Positions 14,901-48,541 of a stretch of DNA of 64,000 nucleotides are shown one piece after another. The stretch comes from Auanema rhodensis (taxonomy: Eukaryota > Animalia > Nematoda). The notes under the pieces were generated by a model. It did no database searches. It was given only the letters and a program-made list of their open reading frames with translations, and was not told the DNA's origin. Numbering within the stretch: position 1 is the stretch's first letter; the number at the start of each line of letters is the position of its first letter. The stretch lies in the NCBI GenBank assembly GCA_964057225.1, contig OZ059894.1:3410001-3474000 (forward strand). Direction: 5' to 3'. Both the position numbers and the translations under genes were made by a program.

Positions 14901-15783
14901 TTAGATTTCTTTTTTCGAGGCGAAGATGATGGACAATGTTATTCAGCGAAAAAATTAGTTCTTCAGGGTGAAAATCGAGGATATAAGTGTGAACTTATAT
15001 CAGTTGATATCTCGGTGCATTTTTAAGCTAGCGCAAATCTGATAACACAGATCTACGCAGCTTAAAAATCCGCATCGAATGCACTATACTACATTGAGAA
15101 ACGCTTAATATAAAAATTAGTTATGATCGTTTGAAAAATGATGCATTAGTGTATGTTGAGTTTCCATGTACACTCAACATTGCTTCCAAAAACATTTTGA
15201 CAAAAATTTTTTTCGAAAAATTTCAAATTAGTTTAGCAAAAAGTAGATGTTTTTAGATTCCTTTTTTCAAGGCAAAAACGATGGACAATGTTATTCAACG
15301 AAAAAAGTAAATCTTCAGGGTGAAAATCGAGGATACAAGTGTGAACATATATCAGTTGATTTCTCGGTGCATTTTTAAGCTAGCGCAAATCTGATAATAC
15401 AGATCGACGCAGCTTAAAAATCCGCATTGAATGCACTATACTACATTGAGAAAAGCTTAATACAAAAATTAGTTATGATCGTTTGAAAAATGATGCATTA
15501 CTGTATGTTGAGTTTCCATGTACACTCAACATTGCTTCCAAAAACATTTTGACAAAAATTTTCCCGAAAAATTTCTGGATAATTTCACAAAAAGTAGATG
15601 TTTTTAGATTCCTTTTTTCAAGGCGAAGACGACGGACAATGTTATTCAACGTAAAAATTAGTTTTTTAGGGTGAAAATCGAGGATATAGGTGTGAACTTA
15701 TATCAGTTGATATCTTGTTGCATTTTTAAGCTACCGCAAATCTGATAACACAGATCGACGCAGCTTAAAAATCCGCATCGAAT
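11916..15783. repeat. Sat351 array, about 11 monomers, with a 702-bp dimer higher-order repeat in the left part
   Basis: Tandem monomers with alternating variants. Confidence 0.97.
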
Positions 15784-15987
15784 AAGGAAAACCTTGACAA
15801 GGAAAACCTTGAGAACTCCACGAGTATTTTCATAGATGAGTCGAGAGATACGCTTTACTCCACCACGACGAGCAAGACGACGGATAGCAGGCTTGTTTAT
15901 ACCTTGGATGTTATCACGGAGAACCTTACGATGGCGTTTGGCTTCTCCCTTTCCAAGACCTTTTCCTCCTTTAACACGTCCAGACAT
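15703..15987 (-). pseudogene. H4: Truncated histone H4 fused to Sat351 (15-bp duplication present)
   Basis: Same translation as 6909-7193. Confidence 0.93.
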
Positions 15988-16422
15988 GCTGATCGAGCTG
16001 TGTGTTGAATAGTAACCCTAGCATTTACCTTATATACTAGTGCTGTAGAGGTCACCGCGCAAAAACCCATTGTAATCGCCACCAAGCATATTGGCGCTTA
16101 ATTTTGCTGCTCAATTCTAAAAATGTATTTTTAAATTTCATATAAACGATAAGAATAACATAAACAACTGTTTATTTGCGAACAAACGTAGAATAGAAGC
16201 ATGTGAGGCATTAGATATGATAACTGTTGTTGTTATCAACATGAAAGCATAATTAATGAAATTCATAAAAAAAATGAAGATGGATATGGAATATCAAAGA
16301 CAGGGATTCTCCTTTACATAACAACAAAACATATCATATCAATTAACATTACATAGCAAAAAAAGACAAGACAGACACAGTATTATATTATAAATCATTA
16401 TGAATACATCAAATTTAAGTGT

Positions 16423-16438
16423 GGCCCTGAAGAGGGCC
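16423..16438 (-). terminator. Histone 3' stem-loop
   Basis: GGCCCT-CTTC-AGGGCC. Confidence 0.93.
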
Positions 16439-16464
16439 GTTGGGTTATGTAACGTTTCAAGTGC

Positions 16465-19174
<2,710 letters not shown>

Positions 19175-19814
19175 AAGGAAAACCTTGACAAGGAAAACCT
19201 TGAGAACTCCACGAGTATTTTCATAGATGAGTCGAGAGATACGCTTTACTCCACCACGACGAGCAAGACGACGGATAGCAGGCTTGTTTATACCTTGGAT
19301 GTTATCACGGAGAACCTTACGATGGCGTTTGGCTTCTCCCTTTCCAAGACCTTTTCCTCCTTTAACACGTCCAGACATGCTGATCGAGCTGTGTGTTGAA
19401 TAGTAACCCTAGCATTTACCTTATATACTAGTGCTGTAGAGGTCACCGCGCAAAAACCCATTGTAATCGCCACCAAGCATATTGGCGCTTAATTTTGCTG
19501 CTCAATTCTAAAAATGTATTTTTAAATTTCATATAAACGATAAGAATAACATAAACAACTGTTTATTTGCGAACAAACGTAGAATAGAAGCATGTGAGGC
19601 ATTAGATATGATAACTGTTGTTGTTATCAACATGAAAGCATAATTAATGAAATTCATAAAAAAAAATGAAGATGGATATGGAATATCAAAGACAGGGATT
19701 CTCCTTTACATAACAACAAAACATATCATATCAATTAACATTACATAGCAAAAAAAGACAAGACAGACACAGTATTATATTATAAATCATTATGAATACA
19801 TCAAATTTAAGTGT

Positions 19815-19830
19815 GGCCCTGAAGAGGGCC
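19815..19830 (-). terminator. Histone 3' stem-loop
   Basis: GGCCCT-CTTC-AGGGCC. Confidence 0.93.
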
Positions 19831-19856
19831 GTTGGGTTATGTAACGTTTCAAGTGC

Positions 19857-23137
<3,281 letters not shown>

Positions 23138-23543
23138 CTAGCATTTACCTTATATACTAGTGCTGTAGAGGTCACCGCGCAAAAACCCATTGTAATCGCC
23201 ACCAAGCATATTGGCGCTTAATTTTGCTGCTCAATTCTAAAAATGTATTTTTAAATTTCATATAAACGATAAGAATAACATAAACAACTGTTTATTTGCG
23301 AACAAACGTAGAATAGAAGCATGTGAGGCATTAGATATGATAACTGTTGTTGTTATCAACATGAAAGCATAATTAATGAAATTCATAAAAAAAAATGAAG
23401 ATGGATATGGAATATCAAAGACAGGGATTCTCCTTTACATAACAACAAAACATATCATATCAATTAACATTACATAGCAAAAAAAGACAAGACAGACACA
23501 GTATTATATTATAAATCATTATGAATACATCAAATTTAAGTGT

Positions 23544-23559
23544 GGCCCTGAAGAGGGCC
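23544..23559 (-). terminator. Histone 3' stem-loop
   Basis: GGCCCT-CTTC-AGGGCC. Confidence 0.93.
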
Positions 23560-23585
23560 GTTGGGTTATGTAACGTTTCAAGTGC

Positions 23586-29678
<6,093 letters not shown>

Positions 29679-30084
29679 CTAGCATTTACCTTATATACTA
29701 GTGCTGTAGAGGTCACCGCGCAAAAACCCATTGTAATCGCCACCAAGCATATTGGCGCTTAATTTTGCTGCTCAATTCTAAAAATGTATTTTTAAATTTC
29801 ATATAAACGATAAGAATAACATAAACAACTGTTTATTTGCGAACAAACGTAGAATAGAAGCATGTGAGGCATTAGATATGATAACTGTTGTTGTTATCAA
29901 CATGAAAGCATAATTAATGAAATTCATAAAAAAAAATGAAGATGGATATGGAATATCAAAGACAGGGATTCTCCTTTACATAACAACAAAACATATCATA
30001 TCAATTAACATTACATAGCAAAAAAAGACAAGACAGACACAGTATTATATTATAAATCATTATGAATACATCAAATTTAAGTGT

Positions 30085-30100
30085 GGCCCTGAAGAGGGCC
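30085..30100 (-). terminator. Histone 3' stem-loop
   Basis: GGCCCT-CTTC-AGGGCC. Confidence 0.93.
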
Positions 30101-30126
30101 GTTGGGTTATGTAACGTTTCAAGTGC

Positions 30127-36570
<6,444 letters not shown>

Positions 36571-36976
36571 CTAGCATTTACCTTATATACTAGTGCTGTA
36601 GAGGTCACCGCGCAAAAACCCATTGTAATCGCCACCAAGCATATTGGCGCTTAATTTTGCTGCTCAATTCTAAAAATGTATTTTTAAATTTCATATAAAC
36701 GATAAGAATAACATAAACAACTGTTTATTTGCGAACAAACGTAGAATAGAAGCATGTGAGGCATTAGATATGATAACTGTTGTTGTTATCAACATGAAAG
36801 CATAATTAATGAAATTCATAAAAAAAAATGAAGATGGATATGGAATATCAAAGACAGGGATTCTCCTTTACATAACAACAAAACATATCATATCAATTAA
36901 CATTACATAGCAAAAAAAGACAAGACAGACACAGTATTATATTATAAATCATTATGAATACATCAAATTTAAGTGT

Positions 36977-36992
36977 GGCCCTGAAGAGGGCC
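36977..36992 (-). terminator. Histone 3' stem-loop
   Basis: GGCCCT-CTTC-AGGGCC. Confidence 0.95.
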
Positions 36993-37018
36993 GTTGGGTT
37001 ATGTAACGTTTCAAGTGC

Positions 37019-37522
<504 letters not shown>

Positions 37523-37905
37523 TCACTATTTTGGTATTTTGACTATAAATATATTAAATCGGATCATAGCTACATAAATAAAGTGTTACAGTAATAAGGA
37601 CAAAAACTTAGTAACTGTGCGTTGATTGGAATGTAATAGTAAATTGTATTAAAACATTCACTGTTCCATTTAAAAAATAATTGTCTTCACGTATTATATA
37701 GTAAAATTTTTAATTAGAATACACTTGACCAATTATGGATATTTCAACATCATTATAGCAAACATCTTAAAATTAACTAAATGCACCACTTGACAAGAGT
37801 TACTCATCTCATAAGAATTACATCAATATTAAGAAGCTCAAAAAAACTAACTATAACAACAACCGATCAACTGCCATCTGTTTCAAAAATGAAATATCAA
37901 TCAAA

Positions 37906-38268
37906 ATTATTGAACACGCCAGTTTGTTATTATATTTATTTTTATATTATTTTATATTATATTTGTTTATAAATATTAGGTCCTGCATGGAAATTCCTTT
38001 TGTTCACTAAAAAACACGGTACGCAATTCGGGCAACACATTGTCTGGAATAATGTTGAAGCTCCAGTTAATTTATGCAATTAAGTTATTTTGTTAAAAGT
38101 TAGCTTTACTTTCGTAATTCATTATTGAACACGCCAGTTTGTTATTATATTTATTTTTATATTATTTTATATTATATTTGTTTATAAGTATTAGGTCCTG
38201 CATGGAAATTCCTTTTGTTCACTAAAAAACACGGTACGCAATTCGGGCAACACTTTTTTTTTTTTTTT
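37906..38268. repeat. 133-bp direct duplication plus T15
   Basis: Copy of 8559-8921. Confidence 0.9.
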
Positions 38269-38478
38269 ACTTTTTTATTTGGATGTGACATTACTTCCTT
38301 TTTTTTATTTGTGATTTTTCGATCATCTATATTTTAGTTATTATTATTTAAATATACACAATGTATATTTAAAACACTTTTGTAGCATCTTGTTATTATG
38401 ATCATGCTCAAATGAGTTGTTGCAGGTTGACCTCCCTGGTCCTAGTATATAATGAAGAAAATTCTTCACTTCATCTCC

Positions 38479-41400
38479 TGGTTTGCGCGCTAACTAACAT
38501 ACAGGTCAGCAAAGGGAGTGGCACAATAACAGTTCATTCGTCAGCGTAAGAATAACCATGCCACCCAAGACATCCGCCAAGGGAGCTGAAGAAACGGAGA
38601 GAAGAAGAAGAGAAATTCCTGAAAGTAAGTTTTTAAGTTTTTAATGTTTAAATAATTCAAATAATTTCGAGTTGAATCAAATGTGTTTATCTATATTTTA
38701 GTTATTATTATTTAAATAAACACAATTCTTATAGTAAAGCTTCTAACCAGAGTTGGGAGAATGGGGGCGTGGTTTGCGCGCTAACTAACATATAGGTCAG
38801 CAAAGGAAGTTGTACAATAACAGTTGATTCGTCAGCGTAGGAATAACCATGCCACCCAAGCCATCCGCCAAGGGAGCTGAAGAGAAAGGAGAGAAGAAGA
38901 AGAGAAATTCCTGAAAGTAAGTTTTTAAGTTTTTAATGTTTAAATAATTCAAATAATTTCAAGTTGAATCAAATGTCTGTATCTATATTTTAGTTATTAT
39001 TATTTAAATATACACAATTCTTATAGTAAAGCTTCTAACCAGAGTTGGGAGAATGGAAGCGTGGTTTGCGTGCTAACTAACATATAGGTCAGCAAAGGGA
39101 GTTGTACAATAACAGTTGATACGTCAGCGTAGGAATAACCATGCCACCCAAGCCATCCGCCAAGGGAGCTGAAGAAGAGAAATTCCAGAAAGTAAGTTTT
39201 TAAGTTTTTAATGTTTAAATAATTCAAATAATTTCGAGTTGAATCAAATGTGTTTATCTATATTTTAGTTATTATTATTTAAATAAACACAATTCTTATA
39301 GTAAAGCTTCTAACCAGAGTTGGGAGAATGGGGGCGTGGTTTGCGCGCTAACTAACATATAGGTCAGCAAAGGAAGTTGTACAATAACAGTTGATTCGTC
39401 AGCGTAGGAATAACCATGCCACCCAAGCCATCCGCCAAGGGAGCTGAAGAGAAAGGAGAGAAGAAGAAGAGAAATTCCTGAAAGTAAGTTTTTAAGTTTT
39501 TAATGTTTAAATAATTCAAATAATTTCAAGTTGAATCAAATGTCTGTATCTATATTTTAGTTATTATTATTTAAATATACACAATTCTTATAGTAAAGCT
39601 TCTAACCAGAGTTGGGAGAATGGAAGCGTGGTTTGCGTGCTAACTAACATATAGGTCAGCAAAGGGAGTTGTACAATAACAGTTGATACGTCAGCGTAGG
39701 AATAACCATGCCACCCAAGCCATCCGCCAAGGGAGCTGAAGAAGAGAAATTCCAGAAAGTAAGTTTATATCAATAGTTTTCATGTAAAACAGCCTTTTAT
39801 GAGGAAATTTAAAGTTTTTAATTTTTAAATAATTCAAATAATTTCAAGTTGAATCAAATGTCTTTATGTATATTTTAGTATATTATTATTCAAGTATACA
39901 CAATTCTTATAGTAAAGCTTCTAACCTGAGTTGGGAGAATGGGGGCGTGGTTTGCGCGCTAACTAACGTATAGGTCAGCAAAGGGAGTTGTACAATAACA
40001 GTTGATTCGTCAGCGTAGGAATAACCATGCCACCCAAGCCATCCGCCAAGGGAGCTGAAGAGAAAGGAGAGAAGAAGAAGAGAAATTCCTGAAAGTGAGT
40101 TTTCAAGTTTTTAATGTTTAAATAATTCAAATAATTTCAAGTTGAATCAAATGTCTTTATCTATATTTTAGTTATTATTATTCAAATATACACAATTCTT
40201 ATAGTAAAGCTTCTAACCAGAGTTGGGAGAATGGGGGCGTGGTTTGCGCGCTAACTATCATATAGGTCAGCAAAGGGAGTTGTACAATAACAGTTGATTC
40301 GTCAGCGTAGGAATAACCATGCCACCCAAGCCATCCGCCAAGGGAGCTGAAGAAGAGAAATTCCAGAAAGTAAGTTTATATCAATAGTTTTCATGTAAAA
40401 CAGCCTTTTATGAGGAAATTTAAAGTTTTTAATGTTTAAATAATTCAAATAATTTCAAGTTGAATCAAATGTCTTTATCTATATTTTAGTATATTATTAT
40501 TTAAATATACACAATTCTTATAGTAAAGCTTCTAACCAGAGTTGGGAGAATGGGGGCGTGGTTTTCGCACTAACTAACATATAGGTCAGCAAAGGGAGTT
40601 GTACAATAACAGTTGATTCGTCAGCGTAGGAATAACCATGCCACCCAAGCCATCCGCCAAGGGAGCTGAAGAGAAAGGAGAGAAGAAGAAGAGAAATTCC
40701 TGAAAGTAAGTTTTTAAGTTTTTAATGTTTAAATAATTCAAATAATTTCAAGTTGAATCAAATGTCTGTATCTATATTTTAGTTATTATTATTTAAATAT
40801 ACACAATTCTTATAGTAAAGCTTCTAACCAGAGTTGGGAGAATGGAAGCGTGGTTTGCGTGCTAACTAACATATAGGTCAGCAAAGGGAGTTGTACAATA
40901 ACAGTTGATACGTCAGCGTAGGAATAACCATGCCACCCAAGCCATCCGCCAAGGGAGCTGAAGAAGAGAAATTCCAGAAAGTAAGTTTATATCAATAGTT
41001 TTCATGTAAAACAGCCTTTTATGAGGAAATTTAAAGTTTTTAATTTTTAAATAATTCAAATAATTTCAAGTTGAATCAAATGTCTTTATGTATATTTTAG
41101 TATATTATTATTCAAGTATACACAATTCTTATAGTAAAGCTTCTAACCAGAGTTGGGAGAATGGGGGCGTGGTTTGCGCGCTAACTAACGTATAGGTCAG
41201 CAAAGGGAGTTGTACAATAACAGTTGATTCGTCAGCGTAGGAATAACCATGCCACCCAAGCCATCCGCCAAGGGAGCTGAAGAGAAAGGAGAGAAGAAGA
41301 AGAGAAATTCCTGAAAGTGAGTTTTCAAGTTTTTAATGTTTAAATAATTCAAATAATTTCAAGTTGAATCAAATGTCTTTATCTATATTTTAGTTATTAT

Positions 41401-41829
41401 TATTCAAATATACACAATTCTTATAGTAAAGCTTCTAACCAGAGTTGGGAGAATGGGGGCGTGGTTTGCGCGCTAACTATCATATAGGTCAGCAAAGGGA
41501 GTTGTACAATAACAGTTGATTCGTCAGCGTAGGAATAACCATGCCACCCAAGCCATCCGCCAAGGGAGCTGAAGAAAAGGAGAGAAGAAGAAGAGAAATT
41601 CCTGAAAGTAAGTTTTTAAGTTTTTAATGTTTAAATAATTCAAATAATTTCAAGTTGATTCAAATGTCTTTATCTATATCTTAGTTATTATTATTTAAAT
41701 ATACATAATTTTTGTAGTAAAGCTTCTAACCAGAGTTGGGAGAATGGGTAAGGATAAGCTTCTAACCAGAGTTGGGAGAATGGGTAAGGATAAGCTTCTA
41801 ACCAGAGTTGGGAGAATGGGGGAGTGGTT
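38479..41829 (+). repeat. H2B-5'-derived satellite, 11 monomers (one is a 275-bp hybrid), ending in the 36-bp repeat at 41720-41820
   Basis: MPPKP/TSAKGA-coding motif repeated from 38558 to 41541. Confidence 0.92.
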
Positions 41830-44800
41830 TCGAATGCACTATACCACATTAAGAAACGCTCAATACAAGACTTAGTTATGATCGTTTGAAAAATGATGCA
41901 TTACTGTATGTTGAGTTTCAATGTACACTCAACATTGCTTCCAAAAACATTTTGACAAAAATTTTCCCGGAAAATTTCAAAATAATTTCACGAAAAGTAG
42001 ATGTTTTTAGATTTCTTTTCTCGAGGCGAAGATGATGGACAATGTTATTCAGCGAAAAAATAAACTCTTCAGGGTGAAAATCGAGGATATAAGTGTGAAC
42101 CTATATCAGTTGATATCTCGGTGCATTCTTAAGCTAGCGCAAATCTGATAACACAGATCGACGCAGCTCAAACATCCACATCGAAAGCACTATACTTCAT
42201 TAAGAAATGCTCAATACAAAAATTAGTTATGATCGTTTGGAAAATGATGCATTACTGTATATTGAGTTTCAATGTACACTCAACATTGCTTTCAAAAACA
42301 TTTTGACAAAAATTTTCCCGAAAAATTTCTAAATAATTTCACGAAAAGTAGATGTTTTTAGATTCCTTTATTCAAGGCAAAGACGATGGACAATGTTATT
42401 CAACGAAAAAATTAATTCTTCAGGGTGAAAATCGAGGATATAAGTGTGAACTTATATCAGTTGATATCTCGGTGCATTTTTAAGCTAGCGCAAATCTGAT
42501 AACACAGATCGACGCAGCTTGAAAATCCGCATCGAATGCACTATACTACATTTAAAAACGCTTAATACAAAAATTAGTTATGATCGTTTGAAAAATGATG
42601 CATTACTGTATGTTGAGTTTCAATGTACACTCAACATTGCTTCCAAAAACATTTTGACAAAAATTTTCCCGGAAAATTTCAAAATAATTTCACGAAAAGT
42701 AGATGTTTTTAGATTTCTTTTCTCGAGGCGAAGATGATGGACAATGTTATTCAGCGAAAAAATAAACTCTTCAGGGTGAAAATCGAGGATATAAGTGTGA
42801 ACCTATATCAGTTGATATCTCGGTGCATTCTTAAGCTAGCGCAAATCTGATAACACAGATCGACGCAGCTCAAACATCCACATCGAAAGCACTATACTTC
42901 ATTAAGAAATGCTCAATACAAAAATTAGTTATGATCGTTTGGAAAATGATGCATTACTGTATATTGAGTTTCAATGTACACTCAACATTGCTTTCAAAAA
43001 CATTTTGACAAAAATTTTCCCGAAAAATTTCTAAATAATTTCACGAAAAGTAGATGTTTTTAGATTCCTTTTTTCAAGGCAAAGACGATGGACAATGTTA
43101 TTCAACGAAAAAATTAATTTTTCAGGGTGAAAATCGAGGATATAAGTGTGAACTTATATCAGTTGATATCTCGGTGCATTTTTAAGCTAGCGCAAATCTG
43201 ATAACACAGATCGACGCAGCTTGAAAATCCGCATCGAATGCACTATACTACATTGAAAAACGCTTAATACAAAAATTAGTTATGATCGTTTGGAAAATGA
43301 TGCATTACTGTATATTGAGTTTCAATGTACACTCAACATTGCTTTCAAAAACATTTTGACAAAAATTTTCCCGAAAAATTTCTAAATAATTTCACGAAAA
43401 GTAGATGTTTTTAGATTCCTTTTTTCAAGGCAAAGACGATGGACAATGTTATTCAACGAAAAAATTAATTTTTCAGGGTGAAAATCGAGGATATAAGTGT
43501 GAACTTATATCAGTTGATATCTCGGTGCATTTTTAAGCTAGCGCAAATCTGATAACACAGATCGACGCAGCTTGAAAATCCGCATCGAATGCACTATACT
43601 ACATTGAAAAACGCTTAATACAAAAATTAGTTATGATCGTTTGAAAAATGATGCATTACTGTATGTTGAGTTTCAATGTACACTCAACATTGCTTCCAAA
43701 AACATTTTGACAAAAATTTTCCCGGAAAATTTCAAAATAATTTCACGAAAAGTAGATGTTTTTAGATTTCTTTTCTCGAGGCGAAGATGATGGACAATGT
43801 TATTCAGCGAAAAAATAAACTCTTCAGGGTGAAAATCGAGGATATAAGTGTGAACCTATATCAGTTGATATCTCGGTGCATTCTTAAGCTAGCGCAAATC
43901 TGATAACACAGATCGACGCAGCTCAAACATCCACATCGAAAGCACTATACTTCATTAAGAAATGCTCAATACAAAAATTAGTTATGATCGTTTGGAAAAT
44001 GATGCATTACTGTATATTGAGTTTCAATGTACACTCAACATTGCTTTCAAAAACATTTTGACAAAAATTTTCCCGAAAAATTTCTAAATAATTTCACGAA
44101 AAGTAGATGTTTTTAGATTCCTTTTTTCAAGGCAAAGACGATGGACAATGTTATTCAACGAAAAAATTAATTCTTCAGGGTGAAAATCGAGGATATAAGT
44201 GTGAACTTATATCAGTTGATATCTCGGTGCATTTTTAAGCTAGCGCAAATCTGATAACACAGATCGACGCAGCTTGAAAATCCGCATCGAATGCACTATA
44301 CTACATTGAAAAACGCTTAATACAAAAATTAGTTATGATCGTTTGAAAAATGATGCATTAGTGTATGTTGAGTTTCCATGTACACTCAACATTGCTTCCA
44401 AAAACATTTTGACAAAAATTTTTTCGAAAAATTTCGAAATAATTTAGCAAAAAGTAGATGTTTTTAGATTCCTTTTTTCAAGGCAAAGACGATGGACAAT
44501 GTTATTCAACGAAAAAATTAATTCTTCAGGGTGAAAATCGAGGATATAAGTGTGAACCGATATCAGTTGATATCTCGGTGCATTCTAAAGCTAGCGCAAT
44601 TTTGATAACACAGATCGACGCAGCTCAAAAATCCGCATTGAATGCACTATACTACATTGAGAAACGCTTAATACAAAAATTAGTTATGATCGTTTGAAAA
44701 ATGATGCATTACTGTATGTTGAGTTTCAATGTACACTCAACATTGCTTTCAAAAACATTTTGACAAAAATTTTCCCGAAAAATTTCGAAATAATTTCACG

Positions 44801-46399
44801 AAAAGTAGATGTTTTTAGATTCCTTTTTTCAAGGCAAAGACGATGGACAATGTTATTCAACGAAAAAATTAATTCTTCAGGGTGAAAATCGAGGATATAA
44901 GTGTGAATTTATATCAGTTGATATCTCGGTGCATTTTTAAGCTAGCGCAAATCTGATAACACAGATCGACGCAGCTTGAAAATCCGCATCGAATGCACTA
45001 TACTACATTGAGAAACGGTTAATACAAAAATTAGTTATGATCGTTTGAAAAATGATGCATTACTGTATGTTGAGTTTCAATGTACACTCAACATTGCTTT
45101 CAAAAACATTTTGACAAAAATTTTCCCGAAAAATTTCGAAATAATTTCACGAAAAGTAGATGTTTTTAGATTCCTTTTTTCAAGGCGAAGACGATGGACA
45201 ATGTTATTCAGCGAAAAAATTAACTCTTCAGGGTGAAAATCGAGGATATAAGTGTGAACCGATATCAGTTGATATCTCGGTGCATTTTTAAGCTAGCGCA
45301 AATATGGTAACATAGATCGACGCAGCTTAAAAATCCGCATCGAATGCACTATACTACATTGAGAAAAGCTTTATACAAAAATTAGTTATGATCGTTTGAA
45401 AAATGATGCATTACTGTATGTTGAGTTTCCATGTACACTCAACATTGCTTCCAAAAACATTTTGACAAAAATTTTCCCGGAAAATTTCAAAATAATTTCA
45501 CGAAAAGTAGATGTTTTTAGATTTCTTTTTTCGAGGCGAAGATGATGGACAATGTTATTCAGCGAAAAAATTAGTTCTTCAGGGTGAAAATCGAGGATAT
45601 AAGTGTGAACTTATATCAGTTGATATCTCGGTGCATTTTTAAGCTAGCGCAAATCTGATAACACAGATCGACGCAGCTTAAAAATCCGCATCGAATGCAC
45701 TATACTACATTGAGAAACGCTTAATATAAAAATTAGTTATGATCGTTTGAAAAATGATGCATTAGTGTATGTTGAGTTTCCATGTACACTCAACATTGCT
45801 TCCAAAAACATTTTGACAAAAATTTTTTTCGAAAAATTTCAAATTAGTTTAGCAAAAAGTAGATGTTTTTAGATTCCTTTTTTCAAGGCAAAAACGATGG
45901 ACAATGTTATTCAACGAAAAAAGTAAATCTTCAGGGTGAAAATCGAGGATACAAGTGTGAACATATATCAGTTGATTTCTCGGTGCATTTTTAAGCTAGC
46001 GCAAATCTGATAATACAGATCGACGCAGCTTAAAAATCCGCATTGAATGCACTATACTACATTGAGAAAAGCTTAATACAAAAATTAGTTATGATCGTTT
46101 GAAAAATGATGCATTACTGTATGTTGAGTTTCCATGTACACTCAACATTGCTTCCAAAAACATTTTGACAAAAATTTTCCCGAAAAATTTCTGGATAATT
46201 TCACAAAAAGTAGATGTTTTTAGATTCCTTTTTTCAAGGCGAAGACGACGGACAATGTTATTCAACGTAAAAATTAGTTTTTTAGGGTGAAAATCGAGGA
46301 TATAGGTGTGAACTTATATCAGTTGATATCTTGTTGCATTTTTAAGCTACCGCAAATCTGATAACACAGATCGACGCAGCTTAAAAATCCGCATCGAAT
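41830..46399. repeat. Sat351 array, about 13 monomers
   Basis: Tandem monomers. Confidence 0.97.
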
Positions 46400-46603
46400 A
46401 AGGAAAACCTTGACAAGGAAAACCTTGAGAACTCCACGAGTATTTTCATAGATGAGTCGAGAGATACGCTTTACTCCACCACGACGAGCAAGACGACGGA
46501 TAGCAGGCTTGTTTATACCTTGGATGTTATCACGGAGAACCTTACGATGGCGTTTGGCTTCTCCCTTTCCAAGACCTTTTCCTCCTTTAACACGTCCAGA
46601 CAT
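46319..46603 (-). pseudogene. H4: Truncated histone H4 fused to Sat351 (15-bp duplication present)
   Basis: Same translation as 6909-7193. Confidence 0.93.
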
Positions 46604-47039
46604 GCTGATCGAGCTGTGTGTTGAATAGTAACCCTAGCATTTACCTTATATACTAGTGCTGTAGAGGTCACCGCGCAAAAACCCATTGTAATCGCCACCA
46701 AGCATATTGGCGCTTAATTTTGCTGCTCAATTCTAAAAATGTATTTTTAAATTTCATATAAACGATAAGAATAACATAAACAACTGTTTATTTGCGAACA
46801 AACGTAGAATAGAAGCATGTGAGGCATTAGATATGATAACTGTTGTTGTTATCAACATGAAAGCATAATTAATGAAATTCATAAAAAAAAATGAAGATGG
46901 ATATGGAATATCAAAGACAGGGATTCTCCTTTACATAACAACAAAACATATCATATCAATTAACATTACATAGCAAAAAAAGACAAGACAGACACAGTAT
47001 TATATTATAAATCATTATGAATACATCAAATTTAAGTGT

Positions 47040-47055
47040 GGCCCTGAAGAGGGCC
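47040..47055 (-). terminator. Histone 3' stem-loop
   Basis: GGCCCT-CTTC-AGGGCC. Confidence 0.95.
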
Positions 47056-47081
47056 GTTGGGTTATGTAACGTTTCAAGTGC

Positions 47082-47585
<504 letters not shown>

Positions 47586-47968
47586 TCACTATTTTGGTAT
47601 TTTGACTATAAATATATTAAATCGGATCATAGCTACATAAATAAAGTGTTACAGTAATAAGGACAAAAACTTAGTAACTGTGCGTTGATTGGAATGTAAT
47701 AGTAAATTGTATTAAAACATTCACTGTTCCATTTAAAAAATAATTGTCTTCACGTATTATATAGTAAAATTTTTAATTAGAATACACTTGACCAATTATG
47801 GATATTTCAACATCATTATAGCAAACATCTTAAAATTAACTAAATGCACCACTTGACAAGAGTTACTCATCTCATAAGAATTACATCAATATTAAGAAGC
47901 TCAAAAAAACTAACTATAACAACAACCGATCAACTGCCATCTGTTTCAAAAATGAAATATCAATCAAA

Positions 47969-48331
47969 ATTATTGAACACGCCAGTTTGTTATTATATTT
48001 ATTTTTATATTATTTTATATTATATTTGTTTATAAATATTAGGTCCTGCATGGAAATTCCTTTTGTTCACTAAAAAACACGGTACGCAATTCGGGCAACA
48101 CATTGTCTGGAATAATGTTGAAGCTCCAGTTAATTTATGCAATTAAGTTATTTTGTTAAAAGTTAGCTTTACTTTCGTAATTCATTATTGAACACGCCAG
48201 TTTGTTATTATATTTATTTTTATATTATTTTATATTATATTTGTTTATAAGTATTAGGTCCTGCATGGAAATTCCTTTTGTTCACTAAAAAACACGGTAC
48301 GCAATTCGGGCAACACTTTTTTTTTTTTTTT
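47969..48331. repeat. 133-bp direct duplication plus T15
   Basis: Copy of 8559-8921. Confidence 0.9.
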
Positions 48332-48541
48332 ACTTTTTTATTTGGATGTGACATTACTTCCTTTTTTTTATTTGTGATTTTTCGATCATCTATATTTTAG
48401 TTATTATTATTTAAATATACACAATGTATATTTAAAACACTTTTGTAGCATCTTGTTATTATGATCATGCTCAAATGAGTTGTTGCAGGTTGACCTCCCT
48501 GGTCCTAGTATATAATGAAGAAAATTCTTCACTTCATCTCC

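Noticed and set aside
39021-39227. Hydrophobic minus-strand ORFs in the H2B-derived arrays (also 48792 and 53965) and the 63-aa ORF at 8434
   Set aside because: The array ORFs arise only in variant monomers as antisense of the GA-rich tract, and the 8434 ORF runs through low-complexity AT DNA; no coding support.
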